Source: Candidatus Micrarchaeota archaeon
Lineage (GTDB): Archaea > Micrarchaeota > Micrarchaeia > Micrarchaeales > CABMGC01
Assembly (NCBI GenBank): GCA_027371545.1
Contig: DAHXMW010000001.1
Span: forward strand, 9,378-73,377
Reading direction: 5' to 3'
DNA: 64,000 nt
Positions 44,716 through 54,094 of this stretch are shown piece after piece. Positions within the stretch are counted from its first letter, which is position 1, and each line of letters starts with the position of its first letter. A program made the translations under genes and the position numbers. The notes below the pieces were generated by a model that did not search any database, was not told the origin of the DNA, and was given only the letters and a program-made list of their open reading frames with translations.

Positions 44716-46497
44716 ATGAATAAAATCGCGTCCCTGCCATACATGAAGAAATGGTTCATAGTCGCATCTCTACTTGGAATTGTGTCGGGGATATCAGCAC
44801 TTGCGTTCTACTATGCAATAATAGCAGTGGAGCACATATTTCTTGGATCTTTTGTTGGGATGAGTATACCTCGCCCAGCAGGCGAGGGGGGCATCTCGGG
44901 TTTCGTATACGATGTCAAAAATTACTGGTACATACCCCTGAGCATAGTGATCGGGGGTATCCTGTCAGGCGCGATAGTATATAAGTTTGCCCCGGAGGCG
45001 GAAGGGCATGGTACCGACGCGGCGATAAAGGCGTTCCACTACGACCAGGGAAAGATCCGCCGCAGGATACCGCTTGTAAAAGGAATAGCCTCCGCAATAA
45101 CTATAGGCTCTGGAGGCAGCGCAGGAAGGGAAGGCCCAACGGCACAGATATCAGCAGGGATAGGCTCGTTTATAGCGGATACTCTCGGTCTAAGCGATAA
45201 TGATAGGAGGCTGGCAGTTGCGGTATGCATAGGCGCAGGGATAGGCACTATATTCAAGGCCCCCATAGGGGGGGCAATCCTTGCAGCAGAAGTGCTATAC
45301 AAGAGGGATCTGGAGACCGAGGTAATATACCCGTCAATAATAGCAAGCGCAATAGGGTATTCTATCTTCGGCTCTGTGGTAGGCTTCACCCCAATATTCG
45401 GCTACAATCTGGTGCCATTCAGCGTACTTCGCCTTCCTATGTATGCGATACTTGGCATTGTCACAGGCTTGCTTGCAATATTGTATATAAAGACGTTCTA
45501 TGGCGTTAATGGATTCTTCAATAAACTCAAGATAAGCAGGTATGCAAAGCCTGCGATGGGGGCATTTGTAGTAGGGATTCTTGCGCTCTTCTTCCCAGAG
45601 ATAATGGCCACAGGCTATGGGTGGGTCCAGATACTGATGAATGGGTCTTTGCAGCAGATCCCAACATTCGGCGCGCCGCTTCTCCTGATGCTTATACTTC
45701 TTCCGTTTGTGAAGATTATAGCTACTTCGTTCAGCATAGGTTCTGGAGGAAGCGGAGGTGTATTTGCGCCAGGTATAGAGATTGGCGCAAGCGCAGGGCT
45801 ACTTGTCTTCTTAATATTCCATGCCGTAAGTCCGACTCTTGCGGCAATAGCTGTGCCATTTGTAATAATAGGTATGCTCTCATTCTTCGGCGCGGCTGGA
45901 AAGGCGCCGATATCGGTGCTTATTATGGTGGTGGAGATGACAGGGAGCCTCCAGCTTCTTCCAGGTGCAATGATAGCCGTTCTGATAGCGTACTTCATAT
46001 CCGGTGACAATACCATATACCGTTCGCAGGTGCCTACAAGGAAGGATTCGCCTGTCCATTTTGGCGAATACAACGTCCCTATGCTCACGGGAATGACTAT
46101 AGAAGGCATAGGGTTGCATGACATATCAATAAGCCCTAAGTCAACAATATCCACTGCCATCAGGAATATGAAGGCGGAGGGTCTCGCTTCCCTCCCCGTG
46201 GTGGAGGGTGGGAAACTGATAGGCGTAGTCTACCTGTTGGACATAAACAATACCAGGGGCCCGGAGAGAATCAGGTCGCTAATGAGAACCGGGAGCACAT
46301 ACCTGAGGCTACATAATACTGCAGATGAGGCATGGGAGGTTATGGTAAAGAACAAGAGTACATGGGTCTCAGTTGTAGAGAAAGGCAAATATCTTGGTGT
46401 CGTTACGCTTGACAGCATACTAAAGCGCTACAAAAGCAAGATTGCATCGCTTCGCGGAACCCCAAAGCAGGCTAATGGGCCTTCCACTCCAAAATAA
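44716..46497 (+). CDS. ClC-family chloride channel/H+-Cl- antiporter with C-terminal CBS pair
   Basis: 'GSGGSAGREGP', 'GIGTIFKAPIGG', 'GSGGSGGVFAP' selectivity motifs; CBS-like C-terminal ~140 aa. Confidence 0.85.
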   Translation: MNKIASLPYMKKWFIVASLLGIVSGISALAFYYAIIAVEHIFLGSFVGMSIPRPAGEGGISGFVYDVKNYWYIPLSIVIGGILSGAIVYKFAPEAEGHGTDAAIKAFHYDQGKIRRRIPLVKGIASAITIGSGGSAGREGPTAQISAGIGSFIADTLGLSDNDRRLAVAVCIGAGIGTIFKAPIGGAILAAEVLYKRDLETEVIYPSIIASAIGYSIFGSVVGFTPIFGYNLVPFSVLRLPMYAILGIVTGLLAILYIKTFYGVNGFFNKLKISRYAKPAMGAFVVGILALFFPEIMATGYGWVQILMNGSLQQIPTFGAPLLLMLILLPFVKIIATSFSIGSGGSGGVFAPGIEIGASAGLLVFLIFHAVSPTLAAIAVPFVIIGMLSFFGAAGKAPISVLIMVVEMTGSLQLLPGAMIAVLIAYFISGDNTIYRSQVPTRKDSPVHFGEYNVPMLTGMTIEGIGLHDISISPKSTISTAIRNMKAEGLASLPVVEGGKLIGVVYLLDINNTRGPERIRSLMRTGSTYLRLHNTADEAWEVMVKNKSTWVSVVEKGKYLGVVTLDSILKRYKSKIASLRGTPKQANGPSTPK

Positions 46498-46581
46498 GAG
46501 CTGCCAGCCTCTTCATTGCGAAGGCTTAATATATAGAAACATTTAAATATCTTACTGCAACTTATTATATAGCTTATTTTA

Positions 46582-46596
46582 GAAAGGTTTAAAAAA
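46582..46596 (+). promoter_or_regulatory. BRE/TATA box upstream of TFB (near-leaderless)
   Basis: 'gaaaggtttaaaaaa' is centred about 23 nt upstream of the ATG at 46615. Confidence 0.5.
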
Positions 46597-46614
46597 TTAA
46601 CCTGACGTTTAAGC

Positions 46615-47655
46615 ATGGTGAGAACGATGACAAACCAGAAAAAAGATTTAAGGCAGGAGAAAAACGATGACTTTGAACTGTTAGCTGACTCAGCGCACCC
46701 TGCGCAGCAGAGGCCATACGCTGCGAGAAGGGACAGCGAGAATCCGGCTGAGATAAAGCACTGCCCAAGTTGCGGCAGCACGGATGTAATATTCGACAAC
46801 GAGAAGGGAGAGTATGTATGCAACAACTGCGGTCTGATAATAGAAGAGAACGTGACTGACGTAGGACCAGAGTGGAGAGCTTTCGACAGCGATCAGAGGA
46901 ATTCAAGGGCGAGGACAGGCGCTCCAATAAAGTACATGAAGCCCAACAAGGGCCTGGTAACAGAGATTGATATGTACAATAAGGACATACGTGGCACAAA
47001 GTTGCCATCAAAGCGCCAGGCACAGCTATACCGCATGAGGAAATGGCATAAGAGGGCAAGCATCGCCAGTTCAAGCGAGAGAAACTACATAATAGCGATG
47101 CCTGAGCTGAACAGGGTAGCAAGCTACCTGGGGCTTCCAGACAATATAAGGGAGCAGGCTGCGCTTCTATACAGGCAGTGCGTAAAGAACAACCTGATAA
47201 GGGGAAGGCCGATAGAGACGGTAGTGAACGCAGCATTATATGCTACATGCAGGAAGACTGGTATGCCAAGAACGCTTGACGAGATAGCACAGATATCTGG
47301 CGTGCCGAAGAAGGAGATAGGCAGGTCATTCAGGGTGATTGCCCATGAGCTTAATCTGAAGATACCACTGACTGATCCTTCTAGCTATGTTCCGAGGTAT
47401 ATATCCGCACTTAAGCTTAGCGGAGAAGCACAGGAGAAGTCAATGCTTCTCTTAAAGCAGGCGATGAAGAAAGGCCTTGTCAGCGGAAGGAGCCCTACTG
47501 GGGTCTCTGCTGCTGCAGTATACATAGCAGGCGCACTGGTGGGAGAGAGGCGCACCCAGAAGGAAGTGGCAGATGTGGCAGGAGTAACTGAGGTTACCAT
47601 AAGGAACAGGTACAGGGAGTTGAAGAAGGAACTGAACATAGACGTAAACCTCTGA
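46615..47655 (+). CDS. tfb: transcription initiation factor B (TFB/TFIIB)
   Basis: Zn ribbon 'CPSCGSTDVIFDNEKGEYVCNNCGLII', B-finger/linker, two cyclin folds. About 48 aa N-terminal extension. Confidence 0.9.
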   Translation: MVRTMTNQKKDLRQEKNDDFELLADSAHPAQQRPYAARRDSENPAEIKHCPSCGSTDVIFDNEKGEYVCNNCGLIIEENVTDVGPEWRAFDSDQRNSRARTGAPIKYMKPNKGLVTEIDMYNKDIRGTKLPSKRQAQLYRMRKWHKRASIASSSERNYIIAMPELNRVASYLGLPDNIREQAALLYRQCVKNNLIRGRPIETVVNAALYATCRKTGMPRTLDEIAQISGVPKKEIGRSFRVIAHELNLKIPLTDPSSYVPRYISALKLSGEAQEKSMLLLKQAMKKGLVSGRSPTGVSAAAVYIAGALVGERRTQKEVADVAGVTEVTIRNRYRELKKELNIDVNL

Positions 47656-47662
47656 TGGCACA

Positions 47663-48163
47663 ATGTCCGGTGCATTAGGGCCAGCCTGGACTTGGCTGGC
47701 ATTTTCTGTATTTTCCATTGCGCTTAGCATGGCATACGCGTCCCCTGGCAGTTATGTGGGTTCCCAGAACTATACTGTAGCGTATGCAAATTCTACAATC
47801 AATAGCACAGCCAATTACATAGAGACAATAAACCAGAGCGGCTACCTTCTCTTCTATCCTAATCTATCAAAGGCATATTCCTACCTGGAAAAGGCAAGGA
47901 GCATATATACAAAATCCCCTTCGGCTGCAGTTGCGTATGCAAATCAAGCAGAGGCTTCTGCAAGAGAACAGTATGCCACTATCGGACAGTATAGGCTTTA
48001 TTCACTTGTAGCTGCTGCTATCTTTACTATTGCAATGGGCGCAATACTATATCTCTTCATGATACCAGTCAGGAAAACAGTCAAGAAAAGCAGCAGTACG
48101 ACACCGGCGAGAATATCACAGAAAAAGCCTACACGAAAGAAAACTAAGGGCCATTATGCCTAA
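47663..48163 (+). CDS. secreted/anchored protein with signal-like N-terminus, five N-x-S/T sequons and a C-terminal TM anchor
   Basis: Hydrophobic N-terminus; NYT, NST, NST, NQS and NLS within about 60 aa; C-terminal TM followed by a K/R/S/T-rich tail. Confidence 0.4.
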   Translation: MSGALGPAWTWLAFSVFSIALSMAYASPGSYVGSQNYTVAYANSTINSTANYIETINQSGYLLFYPNLSKAYSYLEKARSIYTKSPSAAVAYANQAEASAREQYATIGQYRLYSLVAAAIFTIAMGAILYLFMIPVRKTVKKSSSTTPARISQKKPTRKKTKGHYA

Positions 48164-49250
48164 GGCTGTATACTCTTCCCCTCCAGGTTATCCTCCGCAT
48201 GAAGGCAGCACATGAGAGATTATAAACATACAAAAACGGCATAAGCACAGAAGCCACAAGTAATGGTGCTGTGGCATCCTTCCCAGCTCTCTTTCTTGTA
48301 CGGTATGCTGATATAGCTGCATGCAAGAGCAGCACTAAGGAAAGAGGATTGTATTGCGCAAGGGCCACTCCTGTTATTATCAGCAATGATTCGGCTGAGT
48401 AGTAAGCCAGTCCTACATAAAGATTTCTCCGCTGCCCAAGTACACTCAATGCCGCCTGCCGGTTTGACCACTCGAGGAACTCCGGTAAACTATCTTTTGA
48501 TATGACTTCAGGATGATATTTTCCAACATACCAAATTCCCAAGCCCTCTCCCATAGCCATCTTCATTATTGTTATGTCATCTGAGACAGAGAAATCTGAC
48601 TCAAGGAAGAAGCGCATTCTACTACCTCCAGCTATAAGGCTTCTCCTGAAGGCCATAGACCCGCCCCATACAAATCTTGTAGCATTGCTTTCCATCAGCC
48701 CTTCACCTACGAAACCCCATGCAAATTTGAATAGGGAGACAACTCCTCCTTCAGGAGCAAAGCGTGGGAACATTGTTGAGACCCCGATCTTCTTATCTGC
48801 CAGGGGCGCAACTAGCTCCGAAAGCCATGTCATTTCTACACGTATGTCAGAGTCGGCCACAGCATACACCTCATATCCTGGATTCATCTTGATGGCGCTT
48901 GCTATCGCCCTGACCTTTCCGCTGCACTTATAGCATTTTATATTGGAGATGATATGTTGCACTTCTGCCTTCTCTGTTGCATCAACTGCCGGATCACTGG
49001 CATCGTCGACAACTGCAATAACTCTGAAATCCGGATAATCCTGCATTTTTATTGATTTCAGGTTCCCCTCCAGTCCACGATCCATGCCCCTGCAGGGAAC
49101 TATAACCAGAACGCGCGGATGGTATGCCATCGGATTGTGCACCTTTTCCTCCATATTATTTCTGCCCCTCAGCTTAATCACATCAGCCGCAATCAGCAAG
49201 GCAAATACCGCTGAAATAAAGAGTAGATAATACTGCAAAAGCCAATTCAA
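48144..49250 (-). CDS. GT-A glycosyltransferase, family 2/21-like, membrane-associated
   Basis: 'VLVIVPCRGMDRGLEGNLKSIKMQDYPDFRVIAVVDDASDPA', 'ADSD' (DxD), C-terminal TM segments. Confidence 0.7.
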   Translation of the reverse strand: MNWLLQYYLLFISAVFALLIAADVIKLRGRNNMEEKVHNPMAYHPRVLVIVPCRGMDRGLEGNLKSIKMQDYPDFRVIAVVDDASDPAVDATEKAEVQHIISNIKCYKCSGKVRAIASAIKMNPGYEVYAVADSDIRVEMTWLSELVAPLADKKIGVSTMFPRFAPEGGVVSLFKFAWGFVGEGLMESNATRFVWGGSMAFRRSLIAGGSRMRFFLESDFSVSDDITIMKMAMGEGLGIWYVGKYHPEVISKDSLPEFLEWSNRQAALSVLGQRRNLYVGLAYYSAESLLIITGVALAQYNPLSLVLLLHAAISAYRTRKRAGKDATAPLLVASVLMPFLYVYNLSCAAFMRRITWRGRVYSLRHNGP

Positions 49251-49307
49251 TTTTCCACCCTCCTAATCTACAAACATTTATATTATTCTAACCAGACTGA
49301 TAATCAT

Positions 49308-50348
49308 ATGCCATACCACAGTTTTGAGACTATAATACTGCCCTCGTTTCTAGCATTCATAATAACTATAATAGGGACAGAGTTCATAATGGTATACCTG
49401 AAAGGCGCAGGCATAATAGCAGAAGATAGAAACAAGAGCAAGCCAGTGATACTGCCCAGCAGTGGAGGTGTGGCTGTAGCATTCGGGCTTATAGTGGGTA
49501 TACTTTCATATACATTTGGAGGATCTTTCTTATTCGTTCCAGTTCTGGACGTAGAGAAACTTCTCTCTATAGCACTATCAATAGTCCTAATTGCGTTCGT
49601 GGGCTTCCTTGATGACGTAAACGTGAAGAGCCACAGGGTTGCGAGCACAGGGATAAAAGATATAAGGCAGGGCCTAAGGCAGTGGCAAAAGCCGCTTCTC
49701 ACGTTTGTCGGTGCCCTTCCGCTCATGGCTATAAACGCAGGCGTAGGGGTTGTCTTCGTTCCGTTTATCGGTAGGATAGCATTGGGAATACTCTACCCTC
49801 TGATAGTACTTCCGATAGCAATAATATTCGTCTCTAATTCCTTCAACCTCCTTGGAGGGTTTGATGGGTTGCAGCCATCAATGGGCGCAATAGCGGCTCT
49901 CGGCCTGGTAATCTACTCATTTTTCTACGGCAATTACATGGGGCTATTTCTTTCCTCTATACTATTTGCGGCCATTTTGGGGTTTATCCCGTTCAATACG
50001 TATAGGGCAAAGATAATCCCTGGTGACAGCTTTACGTATGCAGTAGGGGCCTCCCTTGTAGCAGTAATGGTCATGGGTAATGCTGAGGCGTTCGGTATTA
50101 TAATATTCGTGCCTTGGATTATAGAGTTCTTCCTGCACCTGCGCAAGAAATTCAAGGTATCAGATCTTGGCGTGCGCCAGAAGGATGGGACGTTCAAGGC
50201 TCCTTACGGCAGGAAAATATATAGCCTGACGCATGCAGTAATGAACCTCAAGCCGATGAGGGAGAAGGATATAACCCGCTACCTTTCAGCAGTAGAAGTT
50301 ATGTTTGTGCTTTTAGGGCTCGGACTTAAGCTTGCCGGATTGCTCTGA
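49308..50348 (+). CDS. polyprenyl-phosphate HexNAc-1-phosphate transferase (MraY/WecA/AglH family)
   Basis: 'FVGFLDDV', 'NSFNLLGGFDGL', 'PGDSFTY'; about 10 TM segments. Confidence 0.75.
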   Translation: MPYHSFETIILPSFLAFIITIIGTEFIMVYLKGAGIIAEDRNKSKPVILPSSGGVAVAFGLIVGILSYTFGGSFLFVPVLDVEKLLSIALSIVLIAFVGFLDDVNVKSHRVASTGIKDIRQGLRQWQKPLLTFVGALPLMAINAGVGVVFVPFIGRIALGILYPLIVLPIAIIFVSNSFNLLGGFDGLQPSMGAIAALGLVIYSFFYGNYMGLFLSSILFAAILGFIPFNTYRAKIIPGDSFTYAVGASLVAVMVMGNAEAFGIIIFVPWIIEFFLHLRKKFKVSDLGVRQKDGTFKAPYGRKIYSLTHAVMNLKPMREKDITRYLSAVEVMFVLLGLGLKLAGLL

Positions 50349-50569
50349 CGCACAAACCTGGACCCGTCAAATATCAGTTTAACATCATCGGCTTTTATTG
50401 TCTTCCTACCTGCATGCTGAGCGTACGTGCGCGATCTCTCTGTCATCTGCTCCGCAAGCTTCTCTATCTCCTCTTCCAACCTTAAAACTGCGTCTTCAGT
50501 AACCTTCTCTGCGCCAGCTTCCCGTATAAATTGCTCTATCTCATAAAGACTAAATGATTTTTTTATCAC
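50279..50569 (-). CDS. archaeal histone-fold protein with ~24-aa C-terminal extension
   Basis: 'EIEQFIREAGAEKVTEDAVLRLEEEIEKLAEQMTERSRTYAQHAGRKTIKADDVKLIF' aligns with HMfB ('IGRIIKDAGAERVSDDARI...ARHAGRKTIKAEDIELAV'). GTG start at 50569 chosen; the listed longer ORF has an implausible N-terminus. Confidence 0.7.
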   Translation of the reverse strand: MIKKSFSLYEIEQFIREAGAEKVTEDAVLRLEEEIEKLAEQMTERSRTYAQHAGRKTIKADDVKLIFDGSRFVRQSNPASLSPSPKSTNITSTAER

Positions 50570-50737
50570 AGCATTACCCCAAGGAAAAAAGACAATAGAG
50601 TTGAAAGGAAAACCTTTAAATTCATATTCGGGTGCCCATAATAGCGGCATTACCAGAAGTTTTACTGGAATATCCACTCTGTAGAGGCAAACTGCCAGCT
50701 TCATATACCGATTCAGGCGAAACCAGACATATCTGGC

Positions 50738-51928
50738 TTACTTGTATCGCAGTATAGCCCCTATGCCCTTGAAGCCCATCAGGAACTCCTTTCCATAAGA
50801 ACTCTCAGATGACACAAATACCGTATCTACCCCTCCTTCATCGGCGAGACCTACCAGTTCTGCTATTGCATCTTCCCTAGATACAGGTTCAAGGGTCCCG
50901 CCGCACTCGTGCCTCTTTTGCTTCACTTCACTTTCCATGCTCTTTACTATCTGGTTGCAGGAGCTGCATTTATACTCAACCATATACATCTCTAGGTCAT
51001 TGTTTATTATGAGCGTGCCTGCCTGATTCGCAAGAAGCGCCTTCTTGGTATTCTCATATCCGTATGTTGCCAATCCCCCATGGGATATCTCTTGGATGAA
51101 CCGCTCTATAACTCTCCTCTCCATATACGCTTCCTGTTCCTTGAGCAGATCAGAAGCCTTCTCCACAAGTTCGTTGAGCCCGAACTCATCCGTATATCCT
51201 GTATCATATACGCCGAGTATCTTTATCTGATAATTCAAGGTGTTTGATTTCACAAAGCCTTCCTTGGTAGGCCCAGGCCCACCAACTATAAGCCCCTTTA
51301 CCTTGAACTGGCTCTGCTCGAATACGGAGTTTATTATCTCAGAGACACGCGAGTAGTACTCGCCTATGCTCTCCTCGATTATCCTCTCGTATCTCCTTGC
51401 CGACTGCCCTCCCTTGCGCACCTTCGCATGAACCATCGAATTAAGTTTCTTAATAACCTGTATGTGCAGGCCCTTCAGTGTGGCAACAGTTGCCTCTCTG
51501 CCATCAAGGACAACAAGGGCGTATGTATCCTTAGTGCTGACTATGTCCTCTATAGGATCCAAGAGAAACGTTGAATCGCATCGGTATATGTTTACTTTTA
51601 TGGGCAGCGGCGGCTCCATTGAGAACAATTCTATCGATGTCTTTCCAGGGTTGTCTGAGATGTTGCCGCAGAACACCGCAAGTCCATTCTTCGGGGTTTC
51701 CTTGTAAAGCCTCAGGTACTGTATTATCTTGTCTATCGCGCTCTGAACGTTAGTCCGTGTGGACTTTGACTTTATATTAGATGATTGGCTGTATTCCTCC
51801 CTGAGCTTTGAGACTTCTTCCGAAAGCTGAAAACCTGCAGGTACGTATATGCTTATAAGCTCCGTTCCAGAGCCGCGTATAGAACGCAGTTTTTTTATCT
51901 CCCTAAGCATCGAGTACTCGTTTTTCAT
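50738..51928 (-). CDS. prf1: peptide chain release factor aRF1
   Basis: NIKS ('SSNIKSKS'), 'YRCDSTF', GGQ ('RKGGQSARR'). Confidence 0.9.
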   Translation of the reverse strand: MKNEYSMLREIKKLRSIRGSGTELISIYVPAGFQLSEEVSKLREEYSQSSNIKSKSTRTNVQSAIDKIIQYLRLYKETPKNGLAVFCGNISDNPGKTSIELFSMEPPLPIKVNIYRCDSTFLLDPIEDIVSTKDTYALVVLDGREATVATLKGLHIQVIKKLNSMVHAKVRKGGQSARRYERIIEESIGEYYSRVSEIINSVFEQSQFKVKGLIVGGPGPTKEGFVKSNTLNYQIKILGVYDTGYTDEFGLNELVEKASDLLKEQEAYMERRVIERFIQEISHGGLATYGYENTKKALLANQAGTLIINNDLEMYMVEYKCSSCNQIVKSMESEVKQKRHECGGTLEPVSREDAIAELVGLADEGGVDTVFVSSESSYGKEFLMGFKGIGAILRYK

Positions 51929-52003
51929 CGTTATTCTACCATGTGGAAAGGCTTCAGTAAAAGTATTTAAATAGCAATGCTAATAAATACAATAAGATTG
52001 GAT

Positions 52004-52159
52004 ATGCCGGGATTATCGACTCCGCAGCAGCAGGCTGGAATACTTAGCTTCTACGATGCACCCGAGAAGGGTCCCAGGCTCAGCGCAAAGCACATACTTG
52101 TTTTTGCAGTAATATTCTCAATTATAATAATCTTCCTGGACCACGTGGTCGCGCTATAG
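52004..52159 (+). CDS. secG: preprotein translocase subunit Sec61beta
   Basis: 'QQAGILSFYDAPEKGPRLSAKHILVFAVIFSIIIIFL' matches the archaeal Sec-beta pattern (AGLxRYxDE...P..V + TM). A TATA-like box lies at 51964-51973. Confidence 0.65.
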   Translation: MPGLSTPQQQAGILSFYDAPEKGPRLSAKHILVFAVIFSIIIIFLDHVVAL

Positions 52160-52206
52160 AGTATTATGCTGCAAGTGCCGTACGAAAGCAGCGATCCTGT
52201 GCCATT

Positions 52207-53088
52207 TCATGTAAGCGTAAAGGCATCCTTTCTCTTCTCACTGACTTCTCCGCTTTCAGAAAGCAGATATAATATCGCCCTTATCCCTTCTTCGTCTATG
52301 CCTGTCTTTGCGGACAGGTCAGCAGTCTTTGATGTACCGCTTCCTATAAGCTTTATGAGCTGCGGACCGTTCTTTTCCATGAAAGACCTTAGCACAATAT
52401 AGAATTTCCTGTTGAAGGCCCTAGTGCCAAGGACATGCCCCTTCCTTATGCTCTCCTCTAGCGCACTTGATATCGCAGCGGCCTGACTCTCGCTCTGCAG
52501 TACTATATAACCTTCTTTCTCAAGCGTGGCAACCTCGTCAATCTCTGTTATTGGTGTGTAGCCTGCCGAAGGCTGCTGTGCACGCTGCACATAAGATGGG
52601 CCCCTGGGCTGCTGGTATGCTTTCAACTGCGGTGCTGGGGAGGCGCCAGGTGTGCTCTTCTTGCGCATAAGGAAGTTATCATAAACATCCTTAGAAATGC
52701 TGTATACCCTATTTCCATCCTTGCTATTGAAGAGGTTCACGAACTTTTTCTGAAGCAGGGATTTCATTACAGCTTTTTCATCCTGCGTAAGAAGTTTGTT
52801 TACATTCTCAACAGTCCTCATCTGGTATCTGAGAGTATCTATTTTTTTGAGCACTGCAATCTCGACTTGCGAAGGCGTCAGTGGCGCTCTTCTTGCCACC
52901 TGCTGCGCTGAAGCAGCAGCATCGCGCCCTTCCCTGTAACTATCATCCTTCTTTATTACTATATAACCTCCGTCATCGCTTCTAAGGAACTCGACTTCCT
53001 GCCCCTCAGAGAGTTTCATCGACTTGATAAGTTCGTCTGGAAGGTTTACAATCAGCTTATTGCTCTTTGTCCTGTATATCTTAACCAA
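52207..53088 (-). CDS. hypothetical protein: N-terminal AbrB/SpoVT-like swapped-hairpin domain plus two putative winged-helix modules
   Basis: 'NKLIVNLPDELIKSMKLSEGQEVEF' (AbrB-like). Q/P/A-rich linkers. 'KTADLSAKTGIDEEGIRAILYLLSESGEV' is HTH-like. Confidence 0.4.
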   Translation of the reverse strand: MVKIYRTKSNKLIVNLPDELIKSMKLSEGQEVEFLRSDDGGYIVIKKDDSYREGRDAAASAQQVARRAPLTPSQVEIAVLKKIDTLRYQMRTVENVNKLLTQDEKAVMKSLLQKKFVNLFNSKDGNRVYSISKDVYDNFLMRKKSTPGASPAPQLKAYQQPRGPSYVQRAQQPSAGYTPITEIDEVATLEKEGYIVLQSESQAAAISSALEESIRKGHVLGTRAFNRKFYIVLRSFMEKNGPQLIKLIGSGTSKTADLSAKTGIDEEGIRAILYLLSESGEVSEKRKDAFTLT

Positions 53089-53173
53089 TCAACCATCATC
53101 GCAGTTAAATATGCAGTAATTTATTCCATGGAAAGTATAAAAAGTTAGCATAATATAAAGAGTAGGTGTTCAT

Positions 53174-54067
53174 TTGCGATACACTGCCGCACGGGCTGCG
53201 GATTTCCTAGTGTTGGAGAGAAGTAGGCATGCATTCTCTTCGAAGAGAGACAATGGTCGCGTCATGATCTTCGGAGGTTCATCCAGATACCACGGTGCAG
53301 TAGCTCTGGCATCACTCGCAGCTTTGAGAGCAGGCGCAGGTTACGTAGTATCAATGGTTCCACAGAAAATACTTGTGGAAGAAAGGTCCGTCTCACCGAA
53401 CATAATAGTGGTGCCTTCAGGAATAAGCCATCTGTCTTTTGGAAAAGCAGCGATGGCGGAGATTGAAAAGTCAGATTCCATCGTAATAGGTCCTGGTGCC
53501 GGGAGGGATCCGCCAACACTAAACGCATGCGCATCTGCAATACGCAATGCGTGCATCTCCAGGAAGAAGCTCGTCATAGACGCGGATGGTATCTTTGCAA
53601 TCAGAAGACAACTAAATCTGGGAAAGAAAGAAGACGTAGTCCTTACTCCTAATGATAGGGAAGCAGCAGTGCTTGCGGGAATGGCGATTGGCGAGGAGAA
53701 TGCATCCAGCATACAAAAAAGGATAGACATCGCTATTCACATAGCAAAAACATACCATACATCGGTAATACTAAAGGGCCACAGAAGTATTGTGACTGAT
53801 GGCACGCGTGTAAAGGCCATAACGCCAAAAACCGCAACCCTTGCCACTATGGGAACTGGCGATGTCTTGTCAGGGATACTCTCCTTCTATCTAACCAGAT
53901 CAAGTGACGCATTCGACGCCTCAGTCTGCGCCGCATATCTGCACGCAATGATTGGGGACTACATAGCCGCAAATTTTGGGGAGCATGCAATAGCATCAGA
54001 TATAATAGAAAATATGCCTGCTGCAATATCATGGATAAAGAAGGGAATGGGGCGTATTCGCAAATAA
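53174..54067 (+). CDS. nnrD: ADP/ATP-dependent NAD(P)H-hydrate dehydratase (YjeF C-terminal/carbohydrate-kinase family)
   Basis: 'GGSSRYHGAVALASLAALRAGAGYV', 'VIGPGAG', 'ATMGTGDVLSGIL'. Confidence 0.8.
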   Translation: MRYTAARAADFLVLERSRHAFSSKRDNGRVMIFGGSSRYHGAVALASLAALRAGAGYVVSMVPQKILVEERSVSPNIIVVPSGISHLSFGKAAMAEIEKSDSIVIGPGAGRDPPTLNACASAIRNACISRKKLVIDADGIFAIRRQLNLGKKEDVVLTPNDREAAVLAGMAIGEENASSIQKRIDIAIHIAKTYHTSVILKGHRSIVTDGTRVKAITPKTATLATMGTGDVLSGILSFYLTRSSDAFDASVCAAYLHAMIGDYIAANFGEHAIASDIIENMPAAISWIKKGMGRIRK

Positions 54068-54094
54068 CTATTTAATATTGGATAACCAAATTAT

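Noticed and set aside
46615-46760. 48-aa N-terminal extension of TFB as a novel domain
   Set aside because: The extension is low-complexity and charged (KKDLRQEKNDD...AARRDSENPAE). The TATA box position supports the upstream ATG, but extension length varies among TFBs and no motif is evident. It is worth only a note.
46589-47236. 215-aa minus-strand ORF antisense to TFB
   Set aside because: The composition is S/C/L/P-rich with no motif. TFB on the plus strand is unambiguous. Long antisense frames are common throughout this window, for example 7921-8649 opposite argF, 23689-24450 opposite lonB, 43446-44271 opposite valS and 16155-16736 opposite a membrane protein.
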